Shown one piece after another: positions 34,859 to 44,904 of a stretch of DNA of 64,000 bases. Under the pieces are notes generated by a model. The model searched no databases. It was not told the DNA's origin and saw only the letters and a list, made by a program, of their open reading frames with translations. This DNA is from Meiothermus sp. (GTDB taxonomy: Bacteria > Deinococcota > Deinococci > Deinococcales > Thermaceae): the NCBI GenBank assembly GCA_033762915.1, contig JANRLD010000072.1, positions 10,670-74,669 on the forward strand, given 5' to 3'. The translations under genes and the position numbers were made by a program. How positions within the stretch are numbered: the first letter of the stretch is position 1; every line of letters starts with the position of its first letter.

Positions 34859-36445
34859 CTACTTGCTGATCCCCTCGAACGACTCGCTGCCCAGGGGGCT
34901 GGGGGTCCAGCCCGTAACGCCCTTGCGCTGGGCGATGAGGGGTTGACTGTGGACGATGGGGATGCGCAGGGCCAGATTAAAGGTCAGCTCGTCGGCCTGC
35001 TGGTACAGTCGCACGCGGGTCTGGGGATTGGTGGCAGTCGCGGCGTCGGACAGCACTTTGTTGAGGTTGGTCAGGTCGAGGGGCTTGCCCGCGCTGTCGA
35101 AGAGGTCGGTGATGGGCGAGGCGAAGTGGGGGTCGAAGAAGTTCTGGGGGTCGCCGTAGTCGCCGGTCCAGCCGAGCATGTAGGCCTGGAAGCCCGGGGG
35201 GGTCTTACGGTCGTTGAGGTAGGTGGCCCAGTCCTTGGTCTGGAACTTGATCTTGATCCCAATGGCGGAGAGGTCGGCCCCCATGGCCTCGGCAATCTCT
35301 TTGGGGGTGGGGAAGTAGGGCCGGCTTACGGGCATATACCAGAACTCGAGGTCGAATCCGTTGGGGTATCCGGCCTCGGCCAGCATGGCCTTGGCTTTGG
35401 CGGGGTTGAACTCGTAGTCGGTCACCTTGGGCGAGAAGAAGGTGCGGAAAGAGAGCGGCAGGAAGTGTCCGTTGGTGGTGCCCAGGTCGCCCCAGAAGGC
35501 CGATACGATGGCCTTCTTGTTGATCGCCATGGCGATGGCCTGGCGAACCTTCACGTCGGAGAGCGGCTTGTAACCGGGGTTGAGGGCCAGGTATCCCACG
35601 TTGAACGACGGGCGGAAGACGGCCTGGAGGTTGGCATCGCCCTGAAGGTCCTTGAGGTTGGCGGGGGGAATGTCGGTGGTAAAGTCAATCGAGCCGGCCT
35701 TAAGCTCGGTCAACCGGGCCGCGGGGTCCTTGATGAAACGGAACACCACCCCGTCGGACTTGGGGAAGCCCGTGCGCCAGAAGGTGGGGTTTTTCTCAAG
35801 GATCAAGCGGTCGCCAGTGCGCCACTCTTTGAAGCGGAAGGGGCCAGTACCCACCGCCGCAACGCCCGGGGTGCCGTACTTACCGCCTGCGGCGCGAATG
35901 GCCGCCGGGCTGGCGATGCCAAAGTAGCCCGAACCAATGGCCGAGGCGAAGGCGGGGAACGAGTCCTTCAAGTCGAAACGGATGGTCTGCGAGTTAACCA
36001 CAGTGATGCTCTGGAGAATCGAGCCAGCCTCGCCCTTGTAGCCGCCGAACAGCTCACCCCAGATCTCGTAGTTCGCTCCGCCCTGAATGCGCGTGGCATC
36101 CGACTTGTCCCACCACCGGTTGACGTTGAACCGGACCGCCTCGGCATTGAAGGGCGTGCCGTCGTGGAAGCGAACTCCGGGGCGCAGCCGGAAGGTCCAG
36201 GTTTTGCCCTGGTTGCTGGCCTGCCAGCTCAGTGCCAGGGCAGGCTGGGTGTCTGTAGAGCCGGCTTTGAAGTCTACCAGAGTGTCGTAGATCTGGCGCT
36301 GGGCGTAGATCGAGATGCCGTCGGTGACGTTGCCCGACTCCAGGTTAACGGGCTCCCCGTTGGAGCCAAACACCAGGGTCTTCTGCGCGAGGCCCAGGCC
36401 GCTCAATAAGCCCAGCGCCACGATTCCCAACAACTTTGCTTTCAT
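34859..36445 (-). CDS. Dipeptide/oligopeptide ABC transporter substrate-binding protein (family 5), standalone
   Basis: Signal peptide; PALA.SW, LRPGVRFHDGTPFNAEAV, GTGPF, MPVSRPY.P, GWTGDYGDP (DppA-like). Confidence 0.92.
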   Translation of the reverse strand: MKAKLLGIVALGLLSGLGLAQKTLVFGSNGEPVNLESGNVTDGISIYAQRQIYDTLVDFKAGSTDTQPALALSWQASNQGKTWTFRLRPGVRFHDGTPFNAEAVRFNVNRWWDKSDATRIQGGANYEIWGELFGGYKGEAGSILQSITVVNSQTIRFDLKDSFPAFASAIGSGYFGIASPAAIRAAGGKYGTPGVAAVGTGPFRFKEWRTGDRLILEKNPTFWRTGFPKSDGVVFRFIKDPAARLTELKAGSIDFTTDIPPANLKDLQGDANLQAVFRPSFNVGYLALNPGYKPLSDVKVRQAIAMAINKKAIVSAFWGDLGTTNGHFLPLSFRTFFSPKVTDYEFNPAKAKAMLAEAGYPNGFDLEFWYMPVSRPYFPTPKEIAEAMGADLSAIGIKIKFQTKDWATYLNDRKTPPGFQAYMLGWTGDYGDPQNFFDPHFASPITDLFDSAGKPLDLTNLNKVLSDAATATNPQTRVRLYQQADELTFNLALRIPIVHSQPLIAQRKGVTGWTPSPLGSESFEGISK

Positions 36446-36687
36446 AACGTCCTCCTATAACTTCCCGATAAGGGATGTGCGCGAGCAAACCATATCCGAG
36501 GCTGATGCTCAGCCTTGGCACAGAAAACCTTTGCTCGGTAGCATAGACTACAGTCCAGAGTATACACAGCCGCCCAAAAAGTTTGAACTCATGAATGTGG
36601 TGAGCTTTTTGCTAACATTGAGGGTACACCCATCGGTTATCGGGTGGAACCCGCTGGTCCTTTTTGCCCTTCTGAGGCGGAGGAACC

Positions 36688-37077
36688 GTGAGCAACGAGA
36701 TACAAAAAGTGGAAGTGGCCGAACTAAAAGAAGAGCGTTACAGCGATTCGGAATTCTGGAAGAAGATAAGACGGTTTGCCCGCCGGGCCGGCCTCGAGGT
36801 AGTGGAGAAGGCCCTCTGGCTTTACTACGCTCTGCAGCATCCCCAAACGCCCGTCTGGGCCAAACGCACCATCATTGGGGCACTGGCTTACTTCATTTTG
36901 CCCATTGACATCATCCCCGACCTGGCCCCTGTTTTGGGCTTCACCGACGACCTTAGCATGTTGCTGGTCGCCATCGGAACGGTGAGCGCCTACATCACGC
37001 CAGCGGTTAAGGAACAGGCCCGGCAGCAGGCTGGGCGATGGTTTGGCGAGCACTCGAGCCCCCAAAGCACAATCTAA
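36688..37077 (+). CDS. YkvA/DUF1232 family protein
   Basis: FWKKI, TPVWAK, ALAYFILPIDIIPD..P.LGFTDD. Confidence 0.9.
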   Translation: MSNEIQKVEVAELKEERYSDSEFWKKIRRFARRAGLEVVEKALWLYYALQHPQTPVWAKRTIIGALAYFILPIDIIPDLAPVLGFTDDLSMLLVAIGTVSAYITPAVKEQARQQAGRWFGEHSSPQSTI

Positions 37078-37207
37078 AACCCGTGCCGCGTAAGTGAATG
37101 GTTTTCGGTTGATCCCCGTCCTAGGGGAGATCCATCGCTGCGTAGAAAGCAGTTTTGGCGGAACAATCCTTCCAGGGCCAGCAGACCTCGAGTGTCCCCC
37201 ACCCGGA

Positions 37208-38007
37208 TTAGCCCAGCGATACGTCCAGCACCATCATCACCACAAAACCCAGCATCAGGGCCAGGGTGGCCAAGTCAGCGTTACCGTTGTGCAGCATCTC
37301 GGGGATCACCTCCTCAATCACGACGAACACCATGGCGCCGGCGGCGAAACTCAGCGCATAGGGCAGCACGGGCTGGGCGACCATCACAAACGCGGCCCCA
37401 AGGGCACCTGCCGGTATCTCCACGATGGCCGAAAGCTGCCCCCACCAAAAGCTTCGCAGGGGCGGGATGCCCTCTCGCCTCAACGGCATCGCCACCGCCA
37501 AACCCTCGGGAAAGTTTTGCAGTCCAATCCCGATGGCCAGCGCCAGGGCCCCGCCCAGGCTGGCCTCGGCAAGCCCAACCCCACGGCCCCAAAAGCAACC
37601 CCAACCGCCAGCCCCTCGGGTATGTTGTGTAGGGTGATGGCCAGAACCAACAGCACGCTGCGGTTCCAAGAAGTCTTGAGGCCTTCGGCGCTCTCGAGGG
37701 GCTGTTTCAAGTGGAGGTGGGGTAGAATCTTGTCGGCGCTCCACACAAAGGCCCCGCCGAACAAAAAGCCGATCACCGCAGGAACCCAATCGTCGTGCGT
37801 CATCTCGAGGGCCGGGGCCAGCAGCGACCAGTAACTGGCTGCCAGCATCACCCCGCCGGCGAAACCCAGCAGGGTGTCCAGCAGGCGTGGGCCTACCCCC
37901 CGGGTCAGAAACACTGTTGCGGCTCCCAGCGCAGTGATGCTCCAGGTAAATCCGGTGGCGACCAAGGCCTGCTGAACTGGGGATAGGGTCTGTAGCCAGG
38001 TCAGCAT
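37208..38007 (-). pseudogene. ZIP-family (GufA-type) metal transporter with a 1-bp frameshift
   Basis: N-half [25 protein letters not shown]-half [17 protein letters not shown] in another frame; switch at ~37568-37570. Confidence 0.85.
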
Positions 38008-38019
38008 GGGGTCACCACC

Positions 38020-39105
38020 CTAGCGTCGTGGCCCCAGCAGATACACCGCACCCCAGGGCCGGTAGCGGCTGGTCAGCGTGTCGCTGCGCACCACTCCGTT
38101 GTTCAGGCGCACGGTGCGGTATACCCGTACCACTGCGCCCTCAGCCGCGAAGTCAATCTGACGGCGGTATCCCCTGGGCAGGCTGGGGTCGTAGGTGTAG
38201 CGGGTGGGCAGCGGCGGTTTGCGGTCGGAAACATACGGCCCGCTCCAGGTTACGGTGCGGTCCTTACGCCCGAAGAACCGAAAAATGAGCTCGTACCCAT
38301 CGATTGAGGTCTGGATCAGAATCGGTCCGGGGGTGTCGTTTTTGAAGCGTAAATCTTTGGGGGGTGCGGTGGTGGCGTCGAGGCCGGTGGGCCTGTAGTA
38401 ACCGACCTGATAACTGTGGGGGTAGCGCTCAACCAAGGGCAAACCGCTGAAGTAGGCCGCCCTGAAGACGGTGGTGCAGACCTGGCAGACCCCGCCCCCC
38501 ACGTCCCAGACGGTACGGCTGCCGCGAATCACCCAGGCCTTCTGGTACCCTGCCGCCGCCGTCACCGGACCCAGCGTTCGGTTGAAGGAGAACACCGACC
38601 CGGCCGGAATGCGCACCCCCTCAAACCTCGAGGAGGCCAGACGGATGTTGTGAACTCGGGTCGGCAGAGAGCCCCTAAAGTTGGTGCGCCCTTCCCCAAT
38701 CAACTCGAGGATGCCCTGTTGGTATAGTTCAACCACGCCTTGCTTGGGGGCCTGAGACAGCACCGGAAGCACAAACTCGCGTCTTCCCGCCTTTTGGGCC
38801 TCGTTGTAGGCCGTGCGTGCGCGTGCGCGGTCAAAGCTGTATCCGGTCTTTTCCACCGCAATCCAGCCTTTGTCCTGCCGGAACACGAACCGGGCCGGTC
38901 GCGGCATGCGGCTTAGCCCTTGAAGCAGCCGCTCGAGATCGGCCTCGCTGCCGACAGGATGGCGTTGTGCCCCGACGTACTCGACCACCTTGCCGCCCTC
39001 GAGTACATTCTCCCGAACCACCAAGATGGCAACCAGCTCGGACGAAGGCGCCGCAAGGGCCCAAGAGTACATCAGCAAAGCAGGCAGGATAAATCGGCTG
39101 TTCAT
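38020..39105 (-). CDS. VanW family protein with C-terminal G5-like segment
   Basis: R.HNI.LA, FSFNRTLGP, GGGVCQVCTT.FRAA, ER.PHSY, DLRFKNDT. Confidence 0.9.
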   Translation of the reverse strand: MNSRFILPALLMYSWALAAPSSELVAILVVRENVLEGGKVVEYVGAQRHPVGSEADLERLLQGLSRMPRPARFVFRQDKGWIAVEKTGYSFDRARARTAYNEAQKAGRREFVLPVLSQAPKQGVVELYQQGILELIGEGRTNFRGSLPTRVHNIRLASSRFEGVRIPAGSVFSFNRTLGPVTAAAGYQKAWVIRGSRTVWDVGGGVCQVCTTVFRAAYFSGLPLVERYPHSYQVGYYRPTGLDATTAPPKDLRFKNDTPGPILIQTSIDGYELIFRFFGRKDRTVTWSGPYVSDRKPPLPTRYTYDPSLPRGYRRQIDFAAEGAVVRVYRTVRLNNGVVRSDTLTSRYRPWGAVYLLGPRR

Positions 39106-39203
39106 GGCTCCGCACCTCATCCAAGAGTTGTTCCAGCCTCGCCGTCGGTATCTTGATCGCACACCCAATCTGAGCCTGCAGGATTACCATGGCGTTACCA
39201 CTC

Positions 39204-41768
39204 CTAAGGCCTAGCCTCCGAAACCCGGTGATGGCGCCTGAAAATCACAGATTTGGTGATCTCGGAGACCAGGGCATAGGCTCCGGTGATGCCAACCAGG
39301 GTCAAGAGCGTGGTCGGGGGAAGCGGGACGAATCCCAGCAAGGCGGCAAAGGGCCAATAGGGAAGCGACAGCGCCAGCAGGCTCACCGCCAGACTCGTCA
39401 CCCACAGCGCGGTACTGGGCCGAGATCGGTAAAACGGCCTGCGGGTACGCACGATCAGAATCACCACCAACTCCGTCAACAGCGACTCCACAAACCAGCC
39501 TGTGCGGAAGTACTCGGGGCCAGCCCGAAACACCCACAGCAACAGCCCGAAGGTCAGGAAGTCGAAGGCCGAACTGACCAGCCCGAATCCCAGCATGAAG
39601 TTGCGGATCAGACGCAGGTCCCAGCGCTGCGGGCGCTCCACCCATTCGCGATCCACACTGTCGGAGGCAATGGTCATAGCTGGGAAGTCGGAGAGGAAAT
39701 TGTTGAGCAGGATTTGTTTGGCCAGAAGCGGGAGGAAGGGCAGGCCCAGCGAAGCCACCGCCATGCTGAGCATGTTGCCGAAGTTGGCGCTGGTTGTGAT
39801 GAAGATGTACTTCAGGGTGTTGGCGAAGGTCTTCCGGCCTTCCTCGATGCCCTCCTTGAGCACCTCGAGGTCGTGCTCGAGCAGCACCAGGTCGGCGGCC
39901 TCCTTGGCCACGTCGACGGCCTGATCCACCGAGATGCCCACGTCGGCGGCGTGTAGCGCGGGCGCGTCGTTGATCCCGTCGCCCAGATACCCCACGCCAA
40001 AGCCCATCTTTTGCAGGGCCAGGATGATCCGCTCTTTCTGGTTGGGGTCTACTTCTACAAACAGGCTGGTGTGCTGAGACTGATGCCACAACGCTTCGTC
40101 CGAGAGGGCGTTGAGTTCGGCCCCGCTGAGGACTTTGTCGGCCTCCAGGCCGACCTGCCGGGCGAGGTGCTGGGTGACTGTGCGGTTGTCACCGGTGATG
40201 ATCTTGAGCTGTACCCCCAGCTGCTTTAGCCCGGCGATGGTGTTCTGGATGCCCGCCTTGGGCCGGTCGGAGAATTGTAGAAAGCCCAGGAAGCACAGGT
40301 TTTGCTCGAGGGTGGCCTCGTCGCCGGACAGGACGCGCGAGGCGACTCCCAGGACGCGAAAGCCCTGTCGGCTCCACTCTTGGAACTGCGCCTGTAAATC
40401 CTCAAGCCTGCCGGCTTCGAGCGGGAGGTTTTCGCCGCCAATCTGCACCCTTCCGCACACCTCTAGCACCTTCTCAAAGGCCCCCTTGGTGATCAAGACG
40501 CGCTGTTGCTGAGGGTCCTCGACCACGATGCTCAGGCGTTTGCGTTCGAAATCGTAGGGAACCTCGCCCAGCTTGGTAAACCCCGCCGGTCTGAACCCCC
40601 TGCGCTCGCCCTCGCGCACCAAAGTCTCGTCGAGTGTGTTGCCCAAGCCGGTCTGGAAGGTCGCGTTGAGGTAGGCATAGTGCAGTACCTGGTCGGACGG
40701 CTGCCCTGCGGCGTCTAGGGCGGACTCGAGGGACACCACCCCTTCGGTGAGGGTCCCGGTCTTATCGGTGCAGAGGATTTGCATGCTGCCAAAGTCTTCG
40801 ATGGCCGAGAGCCGCCGAACAATCACCCCATGGGCGGCCATGTGCTGTGCGCCCTGCGAGAGGTTCAGGCTGACGATGGCAGGGAGCAACTCTGGCGCGA
40901 TGCCGACCGCCAGCGCTATGGCGAACAACAGTGACTCTATCGGTGCTCTTTGCGCCAGCAGGTTGGCGCTGAGCACGACCACCACCAGCACAAAAATGAT
41001 CTGGGTCAGCAGGTAGCCGAAACGGTTAAGGCCTTGCTCGAACTCGGTCTCGGGGGGCCGCAGGCTGAGACGGCGGGCGATCTGTCCATACGCGGTCTGA
41101 GTGCCAGTGTTCACCACCAACATTCGGGCGGTACCGCTTCGAACCGAGGTGCCCATGAAAAGGCAGTTGGTTAGCTCGGGTAGGCCCGCTTGGGCCGGGA
41201 CTATGCCTGGCACTTTTTCGACGGGAAAGCTCTCACCGCTCAGCACCGCCTGATTGACAAAGCAATCGGTGGCCTCGATCAGCAGGCCATCGGTAGGGAT
41301 CAGACTGCCTGCCGAGAGCAGTACCACATCACCCGGCACCACCGCCTCGGCAGCGATGGCCTGCGCCACCCCATCGCGCAGCACCGTGGCCTTAAGGCTC
41401 ACTCGAGCCAGCAGCCGCTGTATTGCGCTGTTGGCCCGGTACTCCTGCCGAAAACTCAGCAATGCACTCCCGGCGACGATGCTCAGCACGATCGCGGCAT
41501 CTACCCACTCCAGTGCGATGGCCGAGACCACCGCTGCGAAAATGAGAATCCACAGCATTGGACTCCGGAACTGATTCAGCAACAAGCGCAACGGCGTGAA
41601 GCGTGACGGGGGCTTGAGCCGGTTGGGGCCGTGGGCTCGCAGGCGTTTAGCGGCCTCGCCGCTGCTCAGCCCTCGAGTTGATGCGCCAAGTGCGTAGAGA
41701 ACCTCATCACTGGAGTGGCTCCAGTAGGTCTCGAGCGTAGTGGTGGCGCTTTGACTTTCGAGGGTCAT
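39204..41768 (-). CDS. mgtA: Magnesium-translocating P-type ATPase
   Basis: LSGES.P, PELLP, CTDKTGTLT, KGA, TGD, GDGINDAP, SANFGNMLS, FRTGWFVES. Confidence 0.9.
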   Translation of the reverse strand: MTLESQSATTTLETYWSHSSDEVLYALGASTRGLSSGEAAKRLRAHGPNRLKPPSRFTPLRLLLNQFRSPMLWILIFAAVVSAIALEWVDAAIVLSIVAGSALLSFRQEYRANSAIQRLLARVSLKATVLRDGVAQAIAAEAVVPGDVVLLSAGSLIPTDGLLIEATDCFVNQAVLSGESFPVEKVPGIVPAQAGLPELTNCLFMGTSVRSGTARMLVVNTGTQTAYGQIARRLSLRPPETEFEQGLNRFGYLLTQIIFVLVVVVLSANLLAQRAPIESLLFAIALAVGIAPELLPAIVSLNLSQGAQHMAAHGVIVRRLSAIEDFGSMQILCTDKTGTLTEGVVSLESALDAAGQPSDQVLHYAYLNATFQTGLGNTLDETLVREGERRGFRPAGFTKLGEVPYDFERKRLSIVVEDPQQQRVLITKGAFEKVLEVCGRVQIGGENLPLEAGRLEDLQAQFQEWSRQGFRVLGVASRVLSGDEATLEQNLCFLGFLQFSDRPKAGIQNTIAGLKQLGVQLKIITGDNRTVTQHLARQVGLEADKVLSGAELNALSDEALWHQSQHTSLFVEVDPNQKERIILALQKMGFGVGYLGDGINDAPALHAADVGISVDQAVDVAKEAADLVLLEHDLEVLKEGIEEGRKTFANTLKYIFITTSANFGNMLSMAVASLGLPFLPLLAKQILLNNFLSDFPAMTIASDSVDREWVERPQRWDLRLIRNFMLGFGLVSSAFDFLTFGLLLWVFRAGPEYFRTGWFVESLLTELVVILIVRTRRPFYRSRPSTALWVTSLAVSLLALSLPYWPFAALLGFVPLPPTTLLTLVGITGAYALVSEITKSVIFRRHHRVSEARP

Positions 41769-41929
41769 GCCCGCCTCCGGGAGGCTCCTAGCCAGCGCGT
41801 TCAGGCCTCAGCATTGCTACAGCCCGGGGTCACACTACGGGATAGCAGTTACCAGCGCGTTACTGCAAAGTGTTGGAGGTGGTGGGCGAGTCCATCCACG
41901 GGCGAGAAGCCCTCGAGGCAGTCGCCCGG

Positions 41930-42140
41930 CTGGCCCCTCGAGCTCGAGGCGGGCTGCATTTACCAGTTTCGTTACTGGGTCGATGACGCCCACTGGCACA
42001 ACGACGAAACCTTTCCGCTGGTAGCCAACGTGTTCGGTGAACACAACAGCCTACTTTGCCTGCCGAAGGCCGAGCTTCCCTATGTAAGCACCGTCACCGA
42101 GCCCACTCAACTTCAGGGACTGGTAGAAGCTTCTGTTTAA
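41930..42140 (+). pseudogene. Remnant of an isoamylase early-set/CBM48-like (AMPK beta-type) domain
   Basis: LELEAG..YQFRYWVD..HW.ND......NVFGEHNS matches the C-terminal half of this domain; no convincing N-terminal half or start. Confidence 0.5.
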
Positions 42141-42267
42141 CCCAGGTCAAACGCGAGGGCAGCGCTTTTGGTCTGACAGCACCTTTTTTGTGCCATGGAT
42201 GGGTTTGCCAGACTCTAGCAATGGCTCATCAAAGCGGAATTCCGAATTCCATAACCTGGGGGGATAC

Positions 42268-42972
42268 CTATTCAGCAAGAGCCTTTCCTGTGAGCACCTT
42301 CTGCAGGAAGGCGGGGCCATTGCCCGGCTTAAGGTAGTGACGGTACGACTCTACCGCGAAGACAACGGGGTCGAGCATGTACACCATCGCGTTTATCTGC
42401 AGCTCGTCGTCAAAACCAAACCCTGGAACCGCATGCAAGACACTTGTTCGGAGGTCGGGGTTCATGGTGACGAACATCACCACATAGGCGATGTATTCTT
42501 GCGCAACCAGATTCTGATTAGGGCCGCTAATGTTCGACTCTGCCCAGGCGTGTGCGGTCTCGTGAGCTGCTAGGCTTCGGTACAGCTCGCGACTGACAGG
42601 GACGTTAAGCCAGTTCCGGATCTCTTTAAACGCGGCGTAGGAAAGCACCACAATGCGGCTCTGGTGAGTGAAGAAACACCCCAGAGCAAATGGCCCTGCA
42701 TCCTCGGGCAGCTTGTCCGCGACCTCGATGACAAGAGGTTGGTCGAAGAGGAAGCCATGGCCGGCCAGGAAACTTGTGGCATCTTGGACACCCCTGCAGA
42801 TGTCTTGAACGTCCTCGAGATTAGTGGCTTTGACCTGCACCAGCGGTTGGGTACAAACCCCTTCCACCTTGGGGCCTTGAACCTCAGCTGCCGCACGTGG
42901 GTTAAACAATGCTCCCGCGAGCAGAATGCAGCCAGTTCCGAGCAGCCACGCCGCACGAGTTCGACCAGTCAT
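42268..42972 (-). CDS. Secreted hypothetical protein with HExxH motif (DUF6639-like)
   Basis: Signal peptide ending AAA; AHETAH followed by QEYIAY; somewhat lower GC than its neighbours. Confidence 0.6.
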   Translation of the reverse strand: MTGRTRAAWLLGTGCILLAGALFNPRAAAEVQGPKVEGVCTQPLVQVKATNLEDVQDICRGVQDATSFLAGHGFLFDQPLVIEVADKLPEDAGPFALGCFFTHQSRIVVLSYAAFKEIRNWLNVPVSRELYRSLAAHETAHAWAESNISGPNQNLVAQEYIAYVVMFVTMNPDLRTSVLHAVPGFGFDDELQINAMVYMLDPVVFAVESYRHYLKPGNGPAFLQKVLTGKALAE

Positions 42973-43103
42973 ATTTCCCCCACTTGAACTGTATCGACTA
43001 CCCGTTACCACACCATTACTTCGGCGGTAGTTTGGCCTTCACTCTTGGCTCGGCTGTGGCCTTGGAGTCAATACCAATCCGATGTACTCTATCCCCCGCG
43101 ATT

Positions 43104-43952
43104 TCAGGTTTGATACAGGGTGAAAATTCCCGCCAGCATCAGTAGGGCCGCGATCAGCTTTCGACTCAGCCGCTCGCGTTCTCCCAACACCAACACCCCG
43201 ATGCCCACCAGCAGCAGTAGCCGCGCCTGAGCCACCAGAATCACCTGCCCCGCCGCGCCATCGGCCTGGTAAGCCAGAACCAGCAGAGTCTGGGTGAGGG
43301 CAAACGTTAAGGCTACCAACCATGCCCCCCAGCCCCACAGTTGGGCGGCGCGCAGTTGGGGGAGAAAGGCCCTTGCAACCGCAAGCATTCCTAGGCCGGT
43401 CAAGAGTTGGTTGAGCAGCGTGTAACTCAGAGCGTCGAAGTGTGGACTGAGGGCCTTGTCCACAAGGTTGCCTGCCCCAAAGGCCAGTGCTGCCCCGAGG
43501 GCCAACAGCTGAGCGCGGCTGAACTTTCCCAGCTGGTTTTGCTGGGATAGGCTGAAAACCGAGGCCAGTATCAGCCCGGCCCCCACCACCGCCCCCCAAC
43601 CCAGCGGCTCGGACAAGATTATCAGCCCGCCCAGGAAGGTCCAGAGCGAGGAGGTGCGCAAGTAGAAGTCGATCTCCGAGAGCGGTGTTTGGGCCAAAGC
43701 AGAGAAGTACCAAAGGTTGCCCAGGACGTAGATCGCCCCCATCCCCAACACGCCCAGCCAGAGCAGGGGAGAGCTGGGAAGCTCGAGCCGAATCAGCGGC
43801 AAACCCGGCAGGCAGATCAACCCGCCCAACACATGTACCCACCCGCCAACCAGAATGGGGTTTAGCCGCCCTGTCACCAGCAGCTTGGAGGCATACACGT
43901 TGGCGGCGCTGGTTAGCCCAGCCAACAAAGCAAGCGGGAACCAGGATTCCAT
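43104..43952 (-). CDS. EamA/DMT family transporter
   Basis: ~10 TM with two-fold internal repeat (L.E..., GA.LI..G). Confidence 0.82.
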   Translation of the reverse strand: MESWFPLALLAGLTSAANVYASKLLVTGRLNPILVGGWVHVLGGLICLPGLPLIRLELPSSPLLWLGVLGMGAIYVLGNLWYFSALAQTPLSEIDFYLRTSSLWTFLGGLIILSEPLGWGAVVGAGLILASVFSLSQQNQLGKFSRAQLLALGAALAFGAGNLVDKALSPHFDALSYTLLNQLLTGLGMLAVARAFLPQLRAAQLWGWGAWLVALTFALTQTLLVLAYQADGAAGQVILVAQARLLLLVGIGVLVLGERERLSRKLIAALLMLAGIFTLYQT

Positions 43953-44044
43953 GTCTTTAGGGGCCGGGGGAAACACAACCCGAATGTTTCAGTGTTTTTC
44001 TTCTCTTTGCCCCTGGGTCATGCCAGCCGCGCCCTTTGGGGCAC

Positions 44045-44776
44045 CTAGGCGCCCCGCAACTCCGCCACGAAATCGTAGCGGTCGCCCCGGTAGTGGCTGC
44101 GGGTGAACTCGAGCACGCTACCGTTCTCGAGGTAGCTCAACCGCTCGATGTACAAGACCGGCTCGCCCGTTCGCAGGCCCAATAGCTCAGCCTCGGCGCG
44201 GCTGGCAGCAACGGCGCGGAGGCGCTGCAGTGCGCGGACCGGGCGCAGGCCCCGAACCTCGAGGTGGACGTATAGCGATTCCTGAACGCGCTCGGGGTCG
44301 GGCAACAGGTGTGCGGGTAAACAGGCCCGCTCGATCGCCATTGGCTCGCCCTGGGCGCTGCGGACGCGCTCAATGCGGGCCACCCGCTCACCCGGCGAGA
44401 GCGACAGGGCCAAGATCTCCTCGGGACTGGCGGCGAACAGGCCACGCTTGAGCCAGCGGTCGTGCGGCTCGAGGCCACGTGCCCGCATGTCTGCGCTGAA
44501 GCCGGTCAGGGCCGACAGGGGTTGCTCCATGCGCGGGGCTACGTAGGTGCCTGAGCCCTGGCGGCGCTGAACCAGGCCCTGGGCCTCGAGCCGCTCCAAA
44601 GCTTTTCGCAGGGTCAGCCTCGAGACCTTAAAGCGCTCGGCCAAGTCGCGTTCGGGGGGCATGGCCTCGCCGGGCTTCCAGGTGCCCGAAGTGAGCTGGT
44701 CGCGCAAGGCGGCCTCGAGCTGAAGATAAAGCGGGGTGGCGGCGTGCTGGTCGAGGGGCTGGTTAAGCGTCGGCAA
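44045..44776 (-). CDS. GntR/HutC-family (UTRA) transcriptional regulator, NagQ/NagR-like
   Basis: PLYLQL, PPERDLAERFKVSR.TLRKAL, QGSGTYV, LTGFS.DM, YRGDRY; RBS GGGAGG. Confidence 0.92.
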   Translation of the reverse strand: MPTLNQPLDQHAATPLYLQLEAALRDQLTSGTWKPGEAMPPERDLAERFKVSRLTLRKALERLEAQGLVQRRQGSGTYVAPRMEQPLSALTGFSADMRARGLEPHDRWLKRGLFAASPEEILALSLSPGERVARIERVRSAQGEPMAIERACLPAHLLPDPERVQESLYVHLEVRGLRPVRALQRLRAVAASRAEAELLGLRTGEPVLYIERLSYLENGSVLEFTRSHYRGDRYDFVAELRGA

Positions 44777-44836
44777 GGGGTTCCTCCCGGTCGGAGACTG
44801 CGCCAGTGGCGCAGCGGATAGTAGGATGGATACAAA

Positions 44837-44855
44837 TATACCACTTATCTACCAA
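44837..44855. promoter_or_regulatory. Putative GntR operator (TACCA direct repeat, 11-bp period)
   Basis: TATACCACTTATCTACCAA upstream of the gntR gene. Confidence 0.55.
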
Positions 44856-44904
44856 TAAATTTCCAGCCCACGGCGGGCCGCAGGGGCGGTAGGTTGGTGA
44901 GAGG

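Noticed and set aside
41769..42000. M-box riboswitch or mgtL-type leader before mgtA
   Set aside because: No recognisable aptamer or Pro-rich leader peptide by eye.
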